Counted from the stretch's first letter, positions 37,867 through 48,109 are shown. The stretch is DNA of 64,000 nt from Anaerolineae bacterium (GCA_049975385.1 JBNGDO010000003.1:5460-69459); one strand, 5' to 3'. Numbers and translations are program-made. The notes: generated from the letters alone by a model not told the origin.

Positions 37867-39288
37867 TTAGGCCCCCTTCATGTGTTTGGTCATCACCGCG
37901 TCCAATGCGGGGTGGACGATGCAATTCTTGAAAGCGAACGATTGCAGGATGCGGTCAAGCTCGCTCTCTGACATTCCTTTGAAGAGTTTGGCGTAGGGGA
38001 TCTGCAGCAGTGCCCCGATGTAGGTCGCCATCGTCGCCTGGGCGAGATAGCGTTCGATGCCGCTCACAGCGATGTCTTCGTCCCCCACGGTTTCGACGAC
38101 TTCGTGCGCCAGGGTGTGGACGAGGTCTTTAGCGGGCGTGCTCGGCAGCCAGCCCATCCAGAAATCGCTGTTGAGCAGGCGTTTGGCTTCCAGGCTATGC
38201 TTGACGCGCTGGATGTACTCGGACTCCGGGTCGAGGTAGACCCAACCCATCACGCCGACATCTTTGTATGTCCAGGTTGTCCAGTGAGCGCCGTATTGTT
38301 CGAAGACGCTGATCTGGTCATCCAACGCGCGCATCCGGTCGGGAACTTCGGCGGCGGGACCGTTGTACGGGCTGCCGAATTCGCCCACCCACAGGGGGAC
38401 GTTGTATTTTTGCATGAACTGCGCGCCTTCGTGCGCCAGGAAGTTGGTCTCTTGCCATGCTCGATTCCATTCGCCAGTAGGATAGGGACCGGGACCGAAG
38501 CCCGGCCGGGTGTAATTGTGGCTGCTGTACAGAAGATTGTCGGCGAAGGGCGCGTCGAGGTGGACGAAGCGGCTGGAGTAGTTGTCACCCTCCAGGATGA
38601 TGATGTGGTCGGGGTCGATGGCCCGGATGGCGCTGACGATACGCCGGTAGAGCGCGTTGATCTGGTCCCACTTCGGCTCGTTCATGCCGTTCAGTCGCCC
38701 GCGCGGGTTACCACTGGCCGGCTCGTTCATCACGTTATATCCAGCGACGGCGGCATTGCCCTTCAAGCGTTCTGCCAGTGCCTCCCACAAGGCCACCCAG
38801 CGGTCCTGGAAGTGCGGATGCTGCCAGAAAAGCGCGTGGCGGGTCGCGTTGTCGGAGTGCCAGTCGGAGTTTTGGTTGCCCTGGACGGCGTGCAGGTCGA
38901 GGATTGCATAAAGCCCGTGTTTGGCGCACCAGCCGATGGCCTGTTCCAGCCGCGCGAAGCCATCTTCGAGATATGTAAACGGTTCGGCGTCACGCTCGAA
39001 ATGGCGGTAGTTAAATGACAGTCGCACGACGGTTGCGCCTTGTGCTTTCATAAAGGCGATGTCATCTTCGGAGAGGAAGTAGTCGAGTAGGCGCTCGAAG
39101 ATAAAGTGCGCCTTGTTTTCTCCGACTGCCTCCGCCATCGTAGCGCGGAGCGCGTGTTCTGCGCCGGGGTAGCCGTTGATGAAGTTCTCCATATTCATCC
39201 AGCCGCCAACGCACGTTCCGCGCAGGCGTACTTCCTGGCCTTGTGCGTTGACCACTTTGCCGTTACGGACTTGCAATAAATCCATTAT
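37867..39288 (-). CDS. Glycoside hydrolase family 5 (no signal peptide, probably cytoplasmic).
   Basis: GH5 hallmarks: [15 protein letters not shown], acid/base NEP in [11 protein letters not shown] and nucleophile GEFG in LWVGEFGS. Start at 39288 with a GAGGAGG RBS. Confidence 0.8.
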   Translation of the reverse strand: MMDLLQVRNGKVVNAQGQEVRLRGTCVGGWMNMENFINGYPGAEHALRATMAEAVGENKAHFIFERLLDYFLSEDDIAFMKAQGATVVRLSFNYRHFERDAEPFTYLEDGFARLEQAIGWCAKHGLYAILDLHAVQGNQNSDWHSDNATRHALFWQHPHFQDRWVALWEALAERLKGNAAVAGYNVMNEPASGNPRGRLNGMNEPKWDQINALYRRIVSAIRAIDPDHIIILEGDNYSSRFVHLDAPFADNLLYSSHNYTRPGFGPGPYPTGEWNRAWQETNFLAHEGAQFMQKYNVPLWVGEFGSPYNGPAAEVPDRMRALDDQISVFEQYGAHWTTWTYKDVGVMGWVYLDPESEYIQRVKHSLEAKRLLNSDFWMGWLPSTPAKDLVHTLAHEVVETVGDEDIAVSGIERYLAQATMATYIGALLQIPYAKLFKGMSESELDRILQSFAFKNCIVHPALDAVMTKHMKGA

Positions 39289-39394
39289 GCTAACCTCCTC
39301 AGGTGATTTTTGTGTTTTAGTAAGGGGGAAAAGTGAGGATTTTGGAGCGGGCACAACCCGCTCCAAAATCCTACCCCTTTGATTCTTGTCTGTT

Positions 39395-42118
39395 TTATGG
39401 TTCTCCTACCATAGCTCGCAGGATTTCTTCCAGTGCGGCCTGTTCTTGCCCGTAGCACGTCCAATCGCCGGCTTCGAGGCAGGCTTGTGCGGCTTGATAG
39501 CGTTCCCAGGCCTGGGCGGCGAGCGTTTCCAGGTCGCCTTCTGTTGCGACTGGCGTTGTGACGTCGCCGCCGTTGAGGACTTGCAATAGGGCCTGATCTA
39601 GCGTCTCCGCCATAACGACGCGGTCATCGTAGGCAACGATGATGCGTATCAGCTCTGGCAATTGGCCTGATTCGGCTTCAAGATAGAGTGGCTCGACGTA
39701 GAGAAAGGTATCTTCGATCGGGATGACGAGCAAGTTGCCGCGTAACACCCGCGAGCCACGTTGGTTCCACAATGAGAGTTGCTGCGAGATAAGCGGATCC
39801 TGATCGGCGCGCGCCTCAACCTGCAATGGTCCGTATACCAGTTTGTCTTTGGAAAGCTTGACGATGCTCAGTTCCCCGTAATCGTCGCCGTCGCAATCGG
39901 CGAAGAGCCAGGCGATCATGTTCTGGCGCTGTTTGGGCGTATACGGGCGAATGAGCATAAATTCCACCTGCTCGGATCCAGGGGCGCGCATGATGACGTA
40001 GTAGGGTTCCATGGCTTGCTGGGCGGTCTCCACTAGTTCCTGCGGGATGTCCCACAGGTCCTCGCGGTTGTAAAAAACCTGTGGATCGCGCATGTGGTAG
40101 GTCGCGTACATATTCGACTGGTAGATGAATAATGTTTCGGGATAGCGCCAGTGATCGCGCAGCACTTGCGGCATCATTTCCACCGGCTTGAAAAGGTTGG
40201 GGAAGATGCGGGCATACGTGGCGGCGATGGGATCGTCAGGATCGATCAGGTAGAAGTTGATCTCGCCCGTGTAAGCGTCGATGGAGACCTTGACGCTGTT
40301 GCGAATGTAGTTGACGCCGCCCAGCGGCTCGGAGTAGGGGAAGTGGTCGGTCCAGGTGTAGGCATCTAGTAACCAGACAATGCTCGTAACTCCATCAGCG
40401 GTCTCGGCGATGACGGGGTAGGGGTCGTCATCGAACCACAGCATCGGCGCGATGGTTTGCGCGCGGTCGTGGAGGGTGCGGTGGAAGAGGGCGCGGCTGT
40501 CTTTGTCGAGCGCCGGTGAGAGGAGAAGCTGCGTGCTGCCAAAGCGCGTCGCCAACAGCATCCGTCGCAGGAGATTGCCCAATGCGACGCCGTCGGGGCC
40601 GCTGTAGCGCGAGTAGACGTTGGTGTCGCCCGCCGGGTAGTCGAATTCGTCCTCTTTGGCGTTGATGATGACGTAGTTCTTGGTCAATTCGCCGAAGTAA
40701 ATCTGCGGGCGTTCGATGTGCAGTTCCGGCGCTTCGCTGACCGGCGGGATGTCGCGCACGATCAGGTTGGGCAGGCCCTCACGGGTCACTTCGTTGGCAT
40801 AGTTCAGCGCGAGGCCGTAGCCGTGCGTGAAGATCATGTGGCGGTTGATCCACGTCTGGGCCTGTTCCGCCAACTCGTCCACGTCGATCTCCCGCGCGGA
40901 GAGCATCACCTGGCGCAGGTGTCCGTCGATGGTATAGCGGTCGATATCCACTTCGTTAAAGCTGTAGTAGAGGCGGATTTCCTGGAGTTGGCTGTAGGTG
41001 CGGAGCAGCGGACGATAATCCCATAGACGCACATTGCTGAGAATGTCGGCGTTGGTTTCAAGCTCCGTCGCTGTCAGAATTCCCGTGCCCGAGTACGTCT
41101 GCTCTTCAATTTGATCGAGACCGTAGGCATAGCGGGTGTAGCGGATGTTGTGCTCGATGTAGGGCTTTTCGACGATGAATTCGTTGGGTTCGACGGTGAA
41201 TTGTTGTATGGCGGCGGGATAGCCTGGACCAAGCGCCGAAACCGCCAACCAGAAAATGCCGATGATGAGCAATAGCTTCCACCTGCTGAAGAAGGCGTTG
41301 AGAATCAGGACGACAGCAGCCGCGAAAAAGAGCACGGCCTGGATTGTGTAAAGCGGCATGCGCGCGTTGATGTCGGTGTAACCAGCGCCGAAGACGACGC
41401 CCGTCGCGGATTGCAGCAGCCCGTAGCGGTTGAGCAGCCAGCCCAGGCCGATGAGGACCATCCACAGCGCGCCCAAAATCGACATGTGGGCAGTTGCGGC
41501 GCGGGTCTTCATCTGCCCGAAGATCGCGTAGCGTCCAAGAACGCCGGCGAATGTCAACGCGACCAATATCTTCGCGCGGGCGAGTAATGCTTCTAGCCAC
41601 GGTAGTGTGAAGATGTAGAAGCCGATGTCCTGCCGAAAAATCGGATCGGCCACCTCGAAGGGGACGCCGTTGTTGGCCAACAAGTAGACGCGCCACAGTC
41701 CGTTGAACATCAGACCGATAATCAGCCCCGCAAGAATAGCCGCCCCGGTAAAGAACAGTCGCAGTGGGCGCGTGGAATACGTGGTCGACGCGGTCGTTTG
41801 CCGCGTGGCACTTGTGCCTCGCCGGGTTCCAGTGAAGGCTCTGGTCGTGAAGCGCTCCTTTGGCGCAATCCAGTGCGGCAGGAAGCTCCAGTTTAGCAGC
41901 AGGAAAGCCAGTGCGATGAGCGCGGCGACAATCGTCAGTCTCAGGGAGGTCGCCAATCGTGTGGTGAAGATTTGAGTGTAGTCTAAGCTCTTGAACCAAA
42001 GGAAATCGGTGTAGAATGTGGCAAATGTTGAGGAGGTGACGCATAGCAGGAGGATGACGATCATCCCCAAACTGATCCAGGTTTGTGTCCGGCGCTTGTT
42101 GCGCGGTGTTTTCATCAT
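39395..42118 (-). CDS. UPF0182 family membrane protein
   Basis: 907-aa ORF with N-terminal multi-TM segments followed by a large soluble region. Length and architecture are typical of UPF0182. Confidence 0.65.
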   Translation of the reverse strand: MMKTPRNKRRTQTWISLGMIVILLLCVTSSTFATFYTDFLWFKSLDYTQIFTTRLATSLRLTIVAALIALAFLLLNWSFLPHWIAPKERFTTRAFTGTRRGTSATRQTTASTTYSTRPLRLFFTGAAILAGLIIGLMFNGLWRVYLLANNGVPFEVADPIFRQDIGFYIFTLPWLEALLARAKILVALTFAGVLGRYAIFGQMKTRAATAHMSILGALWMVLIGLGWLLNRYGLLQSATGVVFGAGYTDINARMPLYTIQAVLFFAAAVVLILNAFFSRWKLLLIIGIFWLAVSALGPGYPAAIQQFTVEPNEFIVEKPYIEHNIRYTRYAYGLDQIEEQTYSGTGILTATELETNADILSNVRLWDYRPLLRTYSQLQEIRLYYSFNEVDIDRYTIDGHLRQVMLSAREIDVDELAEQAQTWINRHMIFTHGYGLALNYANEVTREGLPNLIVRDIPPVSEAPELHIERPQIYFGELTKNYVIINAKEDEFDYPAGDTNVYSRYSGPDGVALGNLLRRMLLATRFGSTQLLLSPALDKDSRALFHRTLHDRAQTIAPMLWFDDDPYPVIAETADGVTSIVWLLDAYTWTDHFPYSEPLGGVNYIRNSVKVSIDAYTGEINFYLIDPDDPIAATYARIFPNLFKPVEMMPQVLRDHWRYPETLFIYQSNMYATYHMRDPQVFYNREDLWDIPQELVETAQQAMEPYYVIMRAPGSEQVEFMLIRPYTPKQRQNMIAWLFADCDGDDYGELSIVKLSKDKLVYGPLQVEARADQDPLISQQLSLWNQRGSRVLRGNLLVIPIEDTFLYVEPLYLEAESGQLPELIRIIVAYDDRVVMAETLDQALLQVLNGGDVTTPVATEGDLETLAAQAWERYQAAQACLEAGDWTCYGQEQAALEEILRAMVGEP

Positions 42119-42227
42119 GCAGTTTTCTCCATAGTGGTTTGCTTACAGTATATCCCCAAATTCTCAATCAACAAATCTCCAATCAATCTTTTCATCTTCA
42201 ATCTGCCAACCCATAATTTGAAAATGG

Positions 42228-42255
42228 TTGCAAGTTTTGCTAACTGTGGTATCAT
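42228..42255 (+). promoter_or_regulatory. Sigma70-like promoter for the ABC exporter leader
   Basis: TTGCAA -35 (42228..42233), 16-nt spacer, extended -10 TGgTATCAT (42247..42255). Confidence 0.55.
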
Positions 42256-42341
42256 TTCGGATGCTGTGCAGTCCGTCCATGTGACGGTTCGGTTTTGTCT
42301 ACGTGACTATCCATTCAGACTTGTGTTATGGAGGTTTGGCG

Positions 42342-42437
42342 ATGGCTAACTTATTCTATAATCTCAGGATCAAAGCGGAGGTTGTTCTCATGACCCGTGT
42401 CGTTTCCGTGACAGGGGGTCCCGAGCCGCCGGGATGA
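42342..42437 (+). CDS. Candidate leader peptide (31 aa, MANLFYNLRIKAEVVLMTRVVSVTGGPEPPG) upstream of the ABC exporter pair.
   Basis: ATG preceded by GGAGG at 8 nt. An internal ATG (M17) also has GGAGG at 9 nt. Ends Pro-Pro-Gly-stop. It lies in a roughly 400-nt 5' leader. Confidence 0.45.
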   Translation: MANLFYNLRIKAEVVLMTRVVSVTGGPEPPG

Positions 42438-42616
42438 CCTTTTGACCGTTTCTTCTCACAGGTAAAAAACATTCTCGTGATTTACCGTGGCCTGATCCGT
42501 CTATTTGCGGAACAGGCGAGCGAGCAATCGCTAGGCAAATCGCGGTCAATACGGTAATACCGGCGAGCGGGCCTCAACGAACGTTGGGGAGGGCTAGTTT
42601 TCATATAGCCCATAGT

Positions 42617-42646
42617 GCGCAAAAAGCACCCGCTCGCTTTTTGCGT
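42617..42646 (+). promoter_or_regulatory. Leader hairpin (candidate attenuator/terminator) with a competing upstream complement.
   Basis: Stem gcgcaaaaagc / gctttttgcgt with loop acccgctc. The segment 42563..42571 (gcgagcggg) is complementary to 42629..42637 (cccgctcgc), which allows an alternative antiterminator-like pairing. Confidence 0.4.
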
Positions 42647-42678
42647 CTCTGGCATCCGTTTAGTTTTACGTCAGAAGG

Positions 42679-44655
42679 TTGTTTGTAGGTGGAAAGATGT
42701 CCCAAAACATAGATCCAAAACTATTACAGAAACTATCAATCGATTTGAAGTCCGCGGTGCACAAGAACCGCGTGGCGGGGCTGTGGCACGTTATGGCTGG
42801 CTTCCGTTGGTTGTACGCCGGCGCGATGCTCGCCATTGTCCTGGGGGCGTTCATGCGCGTGTATTACTACCGTGTGGTGCAGTACGTGATCGACACGGTG
42901 GTAGGCGAAGGGCAAAACTCGCAGAATTTGCCCTGGCTTGCGCTGTCTTTTGTGGGCTTGGCTATCTTGGAAGGAACCTTCGCCTATCTGCGCGGCGTGT
43001 GGTCGGCTAAGACTGCTGAAGGTATCGTACTCCGATTGCGTGACTATCTCTACGATCACATGCAGCGGCTCACGTTTGCCTTCCATGATTACGCCAAGAC
43101 CGGTGAGTTGATCCAGCGCTCTACCTCAGACGTGGATGCGATGCGCCGCTTCTACGCGGATCAAGCGTTAGGTGTCGGGCGGATCGTGGCGCTGTTCGTC
43201 GTCAACTTGACTATGCTGCTGCGCATGAACACAAGGATCGGGTTGCTCTCAATTGTCGTGATGCCGTTCATTGTCGCGATGTCGTACTGGTTCTTTGGGC
43301 GTGTCTCGAAGGCATATAACCGCTATCAGGAGCAGGAGGCCAGGCTTTCGACGGTGCTACAGGAGAACCTGACCGGCGTGCGGGTTGTCAAGGCGTTTGC
43401 CCGGCAATCCTACGAGATCGACAAGTTTGACCGCGAGAACAGGGAGCGCTATCGCCTGGGCAAGAAATTGCTCATTATGCACTCTCTCTACTGGCCGCTG
43501 TCCGACATTCTCTGTGCCGGACAGACGATTCTGGTGATGACCGTGAGTGCGCTGATGGCCGTGCGCGGTGAGATCACCGTGGGCACGTACATCGCTGTGA
43601 TGGGGATGCTGACCTGGATCATCTGGCCGATGCGCAACCTGGGCCGGCTGATCGTGCAGGTGTCCACCGGGCTGGTTTCCTACCGCCGCGTGGCGGATGT
43701 GATCGAACAGGATCGCGAGGATATCGTCGCCGGGTCGGTGCCGCTGGACGCGCAAATTCGCGGCGCGATTGCCTTCGAGGACGTCAGCTTCGCCTATGAG
43801 CCGATGGTGGTGCTGCAGGATGAGGAGGACAAGAAGAAATCGGAGGCCCGCATCCGCGACGCCGGGCCAGAAAAAGACGAAGCGTTGAAACCAGTCGAAG
43901 TGCTGCACGACATCTCCTTCCGCTGTGCTCCGGGCGATGTGGTGGCGCTACTCGGTTCCACGGGATCGGGGAAGACCAGCATTATCAACCTCCTGCTGCG
44001 TTTCTACGACTATCAGGAGGGCAGTCTCAAGCTCGACGGTGTTGAGTTGACGGAATATCCGCGCAGTCTGCTGCGGCGCAACATCGGCATCGTGGAACAG
44101 GAGCCGTTCCTCTTCTCGCGCAGCATTCGCGACAACATCGCTTACGGGGCGGATCGCGAGGTTTCGCAGGAAGAGATCGAGCGCGCGGCACAGGCGGCCG
44201 CGATTCACGATATCATCCTCACGTTCCCGGAGGGATATGACACGATTGTCGGTGAGAAGGGGGTGACGCTCTCCGGCGGGCAGCGCCAGCGCGTAGCGAT
44301 TGCGCGCGCGTTGCTCAAGGATCCGCGCATCCTGGTGCTGGACGACGCGACCTCATCGGTGGACACCGAAACCGAGGAGCAAATCCAGCAGGCGTTGGAT
44401 GTGCTCATTCCGGGACGCACGACCTTCGTCGTCGCGCACCGTATCCAGACGGTGATGAACGCCGATCTGATCCTGGTGCTCGACAAGGGGCGCATCGTTC
44501 AGTCCGGCACGCACGCCGATCTGATTCAGCAACCGGGTCTGTACCACGATATCTACGAGATCCAATCGCGCATCGAAGTGGAAGTCGCAGAAGAAGTAGA
44601 GCGTGGCGTAGTCGAACCGGAATATGCGTTTGAGCCGGTGGGTGTACCGGCATAA
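42679..44655 (+). CDS. ABC transporter permease/ATP-binding protein (type I exporter half-transporter, subunit 1 of a heterodimer).
   Basis: 6-TM domain plus NBD. Walker A LLGSTGSGKTS, signature LSGGQRQR, Walker B ILVLDDATS. Contains an unusual roughly 30-aa charged insertion (QDEEDKKKSEARIRDAGPEKDEALKPVE) before the Walker A region. Confidence 0.85.
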   Translation: MFVGGKMSQNIDPKLLQKLSIDLKSAVHKNRVAGLWHVMAGFRWLYAGAMLAIVLGAFMRVYYYRVVQYVIDTVVGEGQNSQNLPWLALSFVGLAILEGTFAYLRGVWSAKTAEGIVLRLRDYLYDHMQRLTFAFHDYAKTGELIQRSTSDVDAMRRFYADQALGVGRIVALFVVNLTMLLRMNTRIGLLSIVVMPFIVAMSYWFFGRVSKAYNRYQEQEARLSTVLQENLTGVRVVKAFARQSYEIDKFDRENRERYRLGKKLLIMHSLYWPLSDILCAGQTILVMTVSALMAVRGEITVGTYIAVMGMLTWIIWPMRNLGRLIVQVSTGLVSYRRVADVIEQDREDIVAGSVPLDAQIRGAIAFEDVSFAYEPMVVLQDEEDKKKSEARIRDAGPEKDEALKPVEVLHDISFRCAPGDVVALLGSTGSGKTSIINLLLRFYDYQEGSLKLDGVELTEYPRSLLRRNIGIVEQEPFLFSRSIRDNIAYGADREVSQEEIERAAQAAAIHDIILTFPEGYDTIVGEKGVTLSGGQRQRVAIARALLKDPRILVLDDATSSVDTETEEQIQQALDVLIPGRTTFVVAHRIQTVMNADLILVLDKGRIVQSGTHADLIQQPGLYHDIYEIQSRIEVEVAEEVERGVVEPEYAFEPVGVPA

Positions 44656-44672
44656 CACGTAACGCGTGATGC

Positions 44673-46556
44673 GTGATCGCGAATTACGCATCACGGCTCA
44701 CGTATCAAGAGGGAACAGCAATGGCACAATCTTACGGATTCGAAGAAGAAGAATTTACGACGAAGTTCAACGGTCGCGTGGTCATGCGGATCATGCGTCA
44801 AATTACGCCGTATTGGCGCTGGATTCTCGGTTTCATCGTGATGATCGCGCTCACGGCGGTGGCTGATTCGTACTTCACCTACTTGAGCAAGCAGCTCATC
44901 GATGAAGGCATCGTCGCCGGGGACACGGCGCGGCTGACGCAACTGCTGGTGAGGTATGGCGGTCTGGCCGTGTTACAGGCGATTACGGTGTTCTGTTTTG
45001 TCTACCTGGCGGGCATCTTGGGCGAGCGCGTGCAGTACGATATGCGCAAGCAGCTCTTCAATCACTTGCAGGCGCTTTCTTTCTCGTACTTTGATAAGAC
45101 GCCGGTAGGGTGGATCATGTCGCGCGTCACCTCAGACTCCGGGCGTATTGCTAACCTGGTGACATGGGGTTTTCTGGACGTCACCTGGGCCGTACTCAAT
45201 ATCATCACCTCGCTTACATTCATGGCGATCATCAACTGGCGCCTGGCGTTGATCGTACTCGTGATCATCCCGATGATGATCGCGGTCTCGTTCTACTTCC
45301 GGCAGCGTATTCTGGTGCAGTACCGTGATGTGCGCAAGCTCAACTCGATGATCACCGGCGCTTACAACGAAAGTATCGCTGGCGTGCGGGTGGTGAAGGC
45401 GCTCGTACGCGAGAAGAAGAACCTGGAAGAGTTCAGGGAAACTTCACAGTCGATGTACCATGCCGCTTACCGTGCCGCGTGGCTTTCGGCACTGTTCTTG
45501 CCTGCTGTGCAGATCATCGGCGCATTCGGCATCGGGGCCGTGGTGTGGTATGGTGGTATTCAGGCGCGCGTGACGAGTGCGTCGCAGACGGCGATCACCG
45601 TGGGTGGTATCCAGGCGTTCCTGTCGTACCTGACGTTCATCATGTGGCCGATCCAGGACCTCGCACGGGTCTACGCGGAGACGCAGCGGTCGGTTGCCTC
45701 GGCAGAGCGGGTGTTCTCGCTGATTGACGCCCAGCCCGATGTGGTCGATCGCGAGGGTGCGATCGACCCCGGTTTCGTGCGCGGTGAGGTGGCGTTCGAG
45801 GATGTGACCTTCCGTTACGAAGAAGGCAAGGATGTGCTAACAGATTTCAACCTGCACGTCGATCCCGGCGAGCACATCGCCATCGTAGGGCCGACGGGTG
45901 GTGGAAAGACGACGATCGTCAATCTGCTTTGCCGCTTCTACGAACCGACGGATGGTGTCGTCCGCATCGACGATCGCGACTATACCACGCTGACGCAGCA
46001 CGCAATCCAGTCGCGTATCGGCGTGGTGTTGCAGACACCGCACCTGTTCTCCGGCACCATTCGAGATAACATCCGCTACGGCAAGCTGGATGCCACCGAC
46101 AAAGAGGTGGAACAAGCTGCGAAAGTGGCGCACGCTCACGACTTCATCGTGGAGATGGATAAAGGTTACGACGAGGACGTCGGTGAGGGCGGCAATCTGC
46201 TTTCTGTGGGACAGAAGCAGCTCGTGAGCATCGCGCGGGCGGTGCTTGCCGATCCCGCCATCCTTATCCTGGACGAGGCTACCAGTTCGGTGGATACACT
46301 GACCGAGGTGAACGTCCAGCACGGGATGGAGGCGTTGATGGCCGGGCGCACGAGCTTCGTTATCGCGCACCGGCTCTCGACGATCAAGCGGGCGGACCGC
46401 ATCCTCGTCATCAAGGCGGGGCGCATCGCCGAGATGGGCACGCACAGCGAGCTGATCCGCGCGCGCGGTCACTACTACGACCTCTACACCCGCCAGTTCC
46501 GTCGCGAGCGGGAGCAGGTGTACGGCATGGGAGAATTCGCGGCAGCAGTTGCATAG
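44673..46556 (+). CDS. ABC transporter permease/ATP-binding protein (exporter subunit 2).
   Basis: Walker A VGPTGGGKTT, signature LSVGQKQL, Walker B ILILDEATS. Lies 17 nt downstream of subunit 1. Confidence 0.85.
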   Translation: MIANYASRLTYQEGTAMAQSYGFEEEEFTTKFNGRVVMRIMRQITPYWRWILGFIVMIALTAVADSYFTYLSKQLIDEGIVAGDTARLTQLLVRYGGLAVLQAITVFCFVYLAGILGERVQYDMRKQLFNHLQALSFSYFDKTPVGWIMSRVTSDSGRIANLVTWGFLDVTWAVLNIITSLTFMAIINWRLALIVLVIIPMMIAVSFYFRQRILVQYRDVRKLNSMITGAYNESIAGVRVVKALVREKKNLEEFRETSQSMYHAAYRAAWLSALFLPAVQIIGAFGIGAVVWYGGIQARVTSASQTAITVGGIQAFLSYLTFIMWPIQDLARVYAETQRSVASAERVFSLIDAQPDVVDREGAIDPGFVRGEVAFEDVTFRYEEGKDVLTDFNLHVDPGEHIAIVGPTGGGKTTIVNLLCRFYEPTDGVVRIDDRDYTTLTQHAIQSRIGVVLQTPHLFSGTIRDNIRYGKLDATDKEVEQAAKVAHAHDFIVEMDKGYDEDVGEGGNLLSVGQKQLVSIARAVLADPAILILDEATSSVDTLTEVNVQHGMEALMAGRTSFVIAHRLSTIKRADRILVIKAGRIAEMGTHSELIRARGHYYDLYTRQFRREREQVYGMGEFAAAVA

Positions 46557-46562
46557 TCAGAT

Positions 46563-46593
46563 AGAGTGGAGAGACGTCACGTCTCTCCACTCT
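46563..46593 (+). terminator. Hairpin terminator after the ABC operon
   Basis: Perfect 13-bp stem agagtggagagac / gtctctccactct with loop gtcac, followed by attatat. Confidence 0.55.
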
Positions 46594-46618
46594 ATTATAT
46601 GGCCTAAATTTTTTTGCC

Positions 46619-46646
46619 TTGACGTTCGCATTTTGTCGCATATTAT
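46619..46646 (+). promoter_or_regulatory. Sigma70-like promoter for the Phd/YefM gene
   Basis: TTGACG -35 (46619..46624), 16-nt spacer, TATTAT -10 (46641..46646), in an AT-rich segment. Confidence 0.5.
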
Positions 46647-46674
46647 TAGTATACAAATAGGCGAGGAGGACACT

Positions 46675-46956
46675 GTGGATAATAAACCAAAGCTTATGTC
46701 TTTATCAGAGGTGGGGCAGCGCCAGGCCGAAATTCTAGCCGCGTTGAACGAAGGCCCTTTGGTGCTGACACAGGAAGACCAGGCGGCTGTCGTTTTAGTC
46801 GATGCCGGCTACTGGAATCAGATGGTCGAAGAGTTAAAGGATTTGCGCGATGCATTGGAGGCTGTGGATGCATATCAAACCTATAGACAGTCGCCTGATT
46901 ATGTCAAATCCTGGAAAGTCGTCCGCGAGACCCTTGTTGCTAAAGGGCTGTTGTAG
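46675..46956 (+). CDS. Phd/YefM family type II antitoxin. No cognate toxin gene follows.
   Basis: MSLSEVGQRQAEILAALNEGPLVLTQEDQAAVVLVDAGYWNQMVEELKDL... matches the Phd/YefM pattern (antitoxin fold, V.L....Y..L.E.LED). GTG at 46675 with GAGGAGGA upstream is preferred. ATG at 46696 is the alternative. GC is lower than the neighbours. Confidence 0.7.
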   Translation: MDNKPKLMSLSEVGQRQAEILAALNEGPLVLTQEDQAAVVLVDAGYWNQMVEELKDLRDALEAVDAYQTYRQSPDYVKSWKVVRETLVAKGLL

Positions 46957-46989
46957 GTCATAAAAATCCACTCGGTTTAGGAGTCACTT

Positions 46990-48090
46990 ATGGACGTCCG
47001 TTTAGCGCGTATGGCACGCTTGTTAGTGGAGTATTCGGTGGGTGTACAGCCGGGAGACCGTGTGGCGATCTTATCTTCTCCACCGGCAGCGGATCTGGTG
47101 CGCGAGGTGTACGCGCGCGTTTTGGAGCGGGGCGGGCATCCGTTGGCCTTTATGCGCTTGTCAGGGTTGGATGAAATTTTCTTCCGCACGGCGAGCGATG
47201 CCCAATTGGCTTTTGTCGATCCCGTCAACAAATTCGTGTTAGAGGAGTTCGAGGCACTGATCAATATCCGCGCGTTGGAAAATACCCGCGAATTGAGCGG
47301 CATCGATCCTAGCCGACAGCGTTTGCGGAACCAGGCGATGCGTCCGCTGATGCAGCGTTATATGGAGCGCGGTGCGTCCGGCGAGTTAAAATGGAACGGC
47401 ACGCTCTTTCCCACGCCCTCGTCTGCGCAGGAAGCGGATATGAGCACCCGCGATTACGAAGACTTTGTCTACGGCGCCTGCTTCTGTGATCGGCAAGATC
47501 CGGTCGCCGAATGGCAGCGTGTCCACGACGAGCAGGAGCGCGTCGTGCAGTGGTTCAAGGGACGCGATCGGGTCAAGGTCGTTGGACCTAACGCCGATCT
47601 GACCCTATCCGTCAAAGACCGCACTTTTATTAACTCCGATGGGCATCACAACATGCCGAGTGGTGAGGTTTTCACCGGGCCGGTGGAAGATAGCGCCAAC
47701 GGATGGGTGCGGTTTACCTATCCGGCAGTCCACGGCGGGCGCGAGGTCGAAGGCGTGGAGTTGACTTTCGAGGCCGGCAAAGTCGTCAAGGCCACGGCGA
47801 AGAAGAACGAGGCTTACCTGATGCAGATGCTCGATACCGATGAAGGCTCGCGCTACCTGGGCGAGTTTGCCATCGGCACCAACTTCGGCATCCAGAAGTT
47901 CACTAAGAACATCCTCTTCGACGAGAAAATCGGTGGCAGCTTCCACATGGCGCTGGGGATGGGCTACCCAGACACCGGCAGCCACAACCAATCCGCCATT
48001 CACTGGGATCTGATCTGTGATATGCGCGACGGCGGGGAAATCTGGGCCGATGGGGAGTTGCTGTACAAGGGTGGGGAGTTTGTGATTTAG
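46990..48090 (+). CDS. M29 family aminopeptidase (AmpS/PepS thermophilic metalloprotease).
   Basis: 366-aa ORF. Length and conserved blocks (GEFAIGTN, HMALG, HWDLICDM) fit aminopeptidase T / M29. RBS AGGAG. Confidence 0.75.
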   Translation: MDVRLARMARLLVEYSVGVQPGDRVAILSSPPAADLVREVYARVLERGGHPLAFMRLSGLDEIFFRTASDAQLAFVDPVNKFVLEEFEALINIRALENTRELSGIDPSRQRLRNQAMRPLMQRYMERGASGELKWNGTLFPTPSSAQEADMSTRDYEDFVYGACFCDRQDPVAEWQRVHDEQERVVQWFKGRDRVKVVGPNADLTLSVKDRTFINSDGHHNMPSGEVFTGPVEDSANGWVRFTYPAVHGGREVEGVELTFEAGKVVKATAKKNEAYLMQMLDTDEGSRYLGEFAIGTNFGIQKFTKNILFDEKIGGSFHMALGMGYPDTGSHNQSAIHWDLICDMRDGGEIWADGELLYKGGEFVI

Positions 48091-48109
48091 TCAAAAGTCG
48101 AAAGTCAAA

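Noticed and set aside
38104-39018. 304-aa plus-strand ORF.
   Set aside because: Antisense within the GH5 gene.
42083-42349. 88-aa plus-strand ORF in the ABC leader region.
   Set aside because: It spans the UPF0182 gene start and the promoter, with no RBS. The 31-codon ORF with an SD in another frame is the more plausible small coding element.
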